Source: a phage. Taken from it: a stretch of DNA of 64,000 bases. Positions 62,446 through 64,000 of this stretch are shown in pieces. Position 1 is the first letter of the stretch. Each line of letters starts with the position of its first letter. The notes beneath the pieces are model-generated. The model was not told where the DNA came from, searched no databases, and worked only from the letters and a program-made list of their open reading frames with translations. The position numbers and the translations under genes were made by a program. The stretch lies in sequence record PZ386972.1; one strand, given 5' to 3'.

Positions 62446-62454
62446 TTATCCACA
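62446..62454. promoter_or_regulatory. perfect DnaA box TTATCCACA (second copy, 73 bp from the first)
   Basis: Exact 9-mer match within repeated CAGACTTAT context. Confidence 0.6.
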
Positions 62455-62462
62455 GCTTATCC

Positions 62463-62482
62463 TACTGTATAAATATACAGTA
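62463..62482. promoter_or_regulatory. LexA (SOS) box-like palindrome TACTGTATAAATATACAGTA
   Basis: Matches CTGT-N8-ACAG with AT-rich core. Confidence 0.55.
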
Positions 62483-62847
62483 TTCCTACGCAGTGAATAA
62501 TTCTAATATAGCGTTAAAACGTCCTAGATCGCATTCTAACGCGTTTAATTTTGGTGGGGATACTAAAACAAGGGCAAAATTGGAGGAGGCTTGAAAATTA
62601 GTTAGCTCGCTAACGATCACACAAGGCGACACGTAACATCCTAATCATTAGCAGGCTAACCATCGCGGGCGCGGTCAAATAAGAATGATTCTCATTTGAG
62701 AATTGGGGCACTTCCTGATAGTTGCGCCCCGTGATTATTACAGTAGTGGGCAACCGTTACGCTTTGCCCATTCCCGCCACTCATCTTGATGTCTAGACTT
62801 GCGACGGCGTACTAAAAACCGTTTATACCAGTGATTAAACCATCGTT

Positions 62848-63081
62848 TCATAAATCCTCCTCCGGTAGTCGATGCGTGATTTTTTCCTCCTCCCCATAGG
62901 AATCCGCCAAATGCTGATAATAACCCTCGTGATCATAAATCACTTTATCATACTCGCCACGCTCGACCGCTTGCCGATTCTCTGGCGTATCGGGCACGTA
63001 AAAAACGTCTACCATCGTAGTAGTTTTGGTCACAATAATTTTATTGCTCATAGTAACTCCTAGTAAATATATTTTTGCCAA
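62848..63081 (-). CDS. hypothetical protein (77 aa)
   Basis: ORF track; GGAGG RBS on the minus strand upstream of ATG. Confidence 0.4.
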   Translation of the reverse strand: MAKIYLLGVTMSNKIIVTKTTTMVDVFYVPDTPENRQAVERGEYDKVIYDHEGYYQHLADSYGEEEKITHRLPEEDL

Positions 63082-63151
63082 TAGTGGCGAACGTTATCGC
63101 CACCAGCGGAATCATTAGCTGCCTCAACATTACCAACGAAAATATATAATT

Positions 63152-63511
63152 TCATTGCGCCACCTTTCGAAACGCTGTTTCAATACTATCAGCCGTGGAT
63201 TGAATATACGCGCCTTTCATTATCAGGCGCTCGGTGCATACCTTGCGGAAAATATTAATAAAATCCTCTTCATTTTCTGCAATCAATGCTTCCCCCATGA
63301 CCTGAATATCACAAGATGCAAAGGTCAAAAATTGAAATGCTAGTTCACGGGCAACGACCGCATTGATTTTATAATGCGCCTTGCCCTCATAAATATTAAT
63401 AACGCCCTTGTAAGCTGGGGAAAGCTGATTTAAGTAATTTGCTAGTAATGCCGGACGGCAATTAGCAACAAAGCGATTGCCTTCATAAATTATCATTTGC
63501 ATAGCTCCCAA
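63152..63511 (-). CDS. hypothetical protein (119 aa)
   Basis: ORF track; GGAGCTATGCAA start context. Confidence 0.45.
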   Translation of the reverse strand: MGAMQMIIYEGNRFVANCRPALLANYLNQLSPAYKGVINIYEGKAHYKINAVVARELAFQFLTFASCDIQVMGEALIAENEEDFINIFRKVCTERLIMKGAYIQSTADSIETAFRKVAQ

Positions 63512-63738
63512 ATAGTTCCGCCGATGATCATTAGCTGACTAATAATTATCAGAATAAAACCAATTGAAGGCAGGACGCCCCAATATTGGAACGCCCTTTT
63601 AATTTGTTGAATCATTTGTTAGCCTCCCAATCAGATAGCCAGATAAAAGCATAAAAATCCCCAATGAAAGGGGATCATTTTTAAATAAGGTGGCGGTAAA
63701 ACCGCCAACCATTGCAAGGATAATAATAATAACGCTTT

Positions 63739-63951
63739 TCATAGTACCCCACGAAAGGCCGCGTAAAAGGTGGCAAAGTGTTTAACCGTTTCAGCGATAA
63801 CGTTGCCGCGCTTATCAAATTTCTTTTCTGTAACACGGAAGGCGTTTTTATTCCGCGCTACATATTCGATTTTACAATCAGGACGCTCAAACGTGTTTAC
63901 ATCCACCAGCTTAAAGCCTTTCGAACGTGCAAGGGAAACGTTGCGAATCAT
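63739..63951 (-). CDS. hypothetical protein (70 aa)
   Basis: ORF track; AGGAGAATAAAAAATG start context. Confidence 0.4.
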   Translation of the reverse strand: MIRNVSLARSKGFKLVDVNTFERPDCKIEYVARNKNAFRVTEKKFDKRGNVIAETVKHFATFYAAFRGVL

Positions 63952-64000
63952 TTTTTATTCTCCTTTACTAGTCATGCAGCCCAGCAGATAAGAAAATGCA

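Overview
This 64 kb window reads as the early region of a T5-like (Tequintavirus) phage genome, inferred from motifs and gene order only, with no database search. Positions 1-19.8 kb carry a minus-strand replication and nucleotide-metabolism block (family A DNA polymerase, primase, DnaB-like helicase, a two-ORF NAD-dependent DNA ligase, a 955-aa helicase-like protein, HAD and Sir2-like proteins, anaerobic RNR NrdD). Positions 19.9-61.1 kb are plus-strand and densely packed: PhoH, NrdA-HNH-NrdB, DHFR, thymidylate synthase, RNase H, NADAR, a SleB-like hydrolase, an SPFH protein, a cluster of about 26 hand-folded tRNAs (33.9-44.3 kb), GrcA-like protein, a spanin-like pair, dNMP kinase, ClpP-like protein, holin, endolysin, two phosphoesterases and many small ORFs. 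These are driven by at least 25 copies of one conserved strong early promoter. Positions 61.4-62.7 kb are a non-coding repeat region with eight copies of a 15-mer, two perfect DnaA boxes, a LexA box and Fur-box-like palindromes, followed by minus-strand small ORFs. The most interesting unexplained signals are promoter-driven structured non-coding RNA stretches in and around the tRNA cluster that do not fold as canonical tRNAs, the host-regulator-box repeat region, and a Sir2/HAD/paralog module. tRNA coordinates and anticodons are from manual folding and are approximate.
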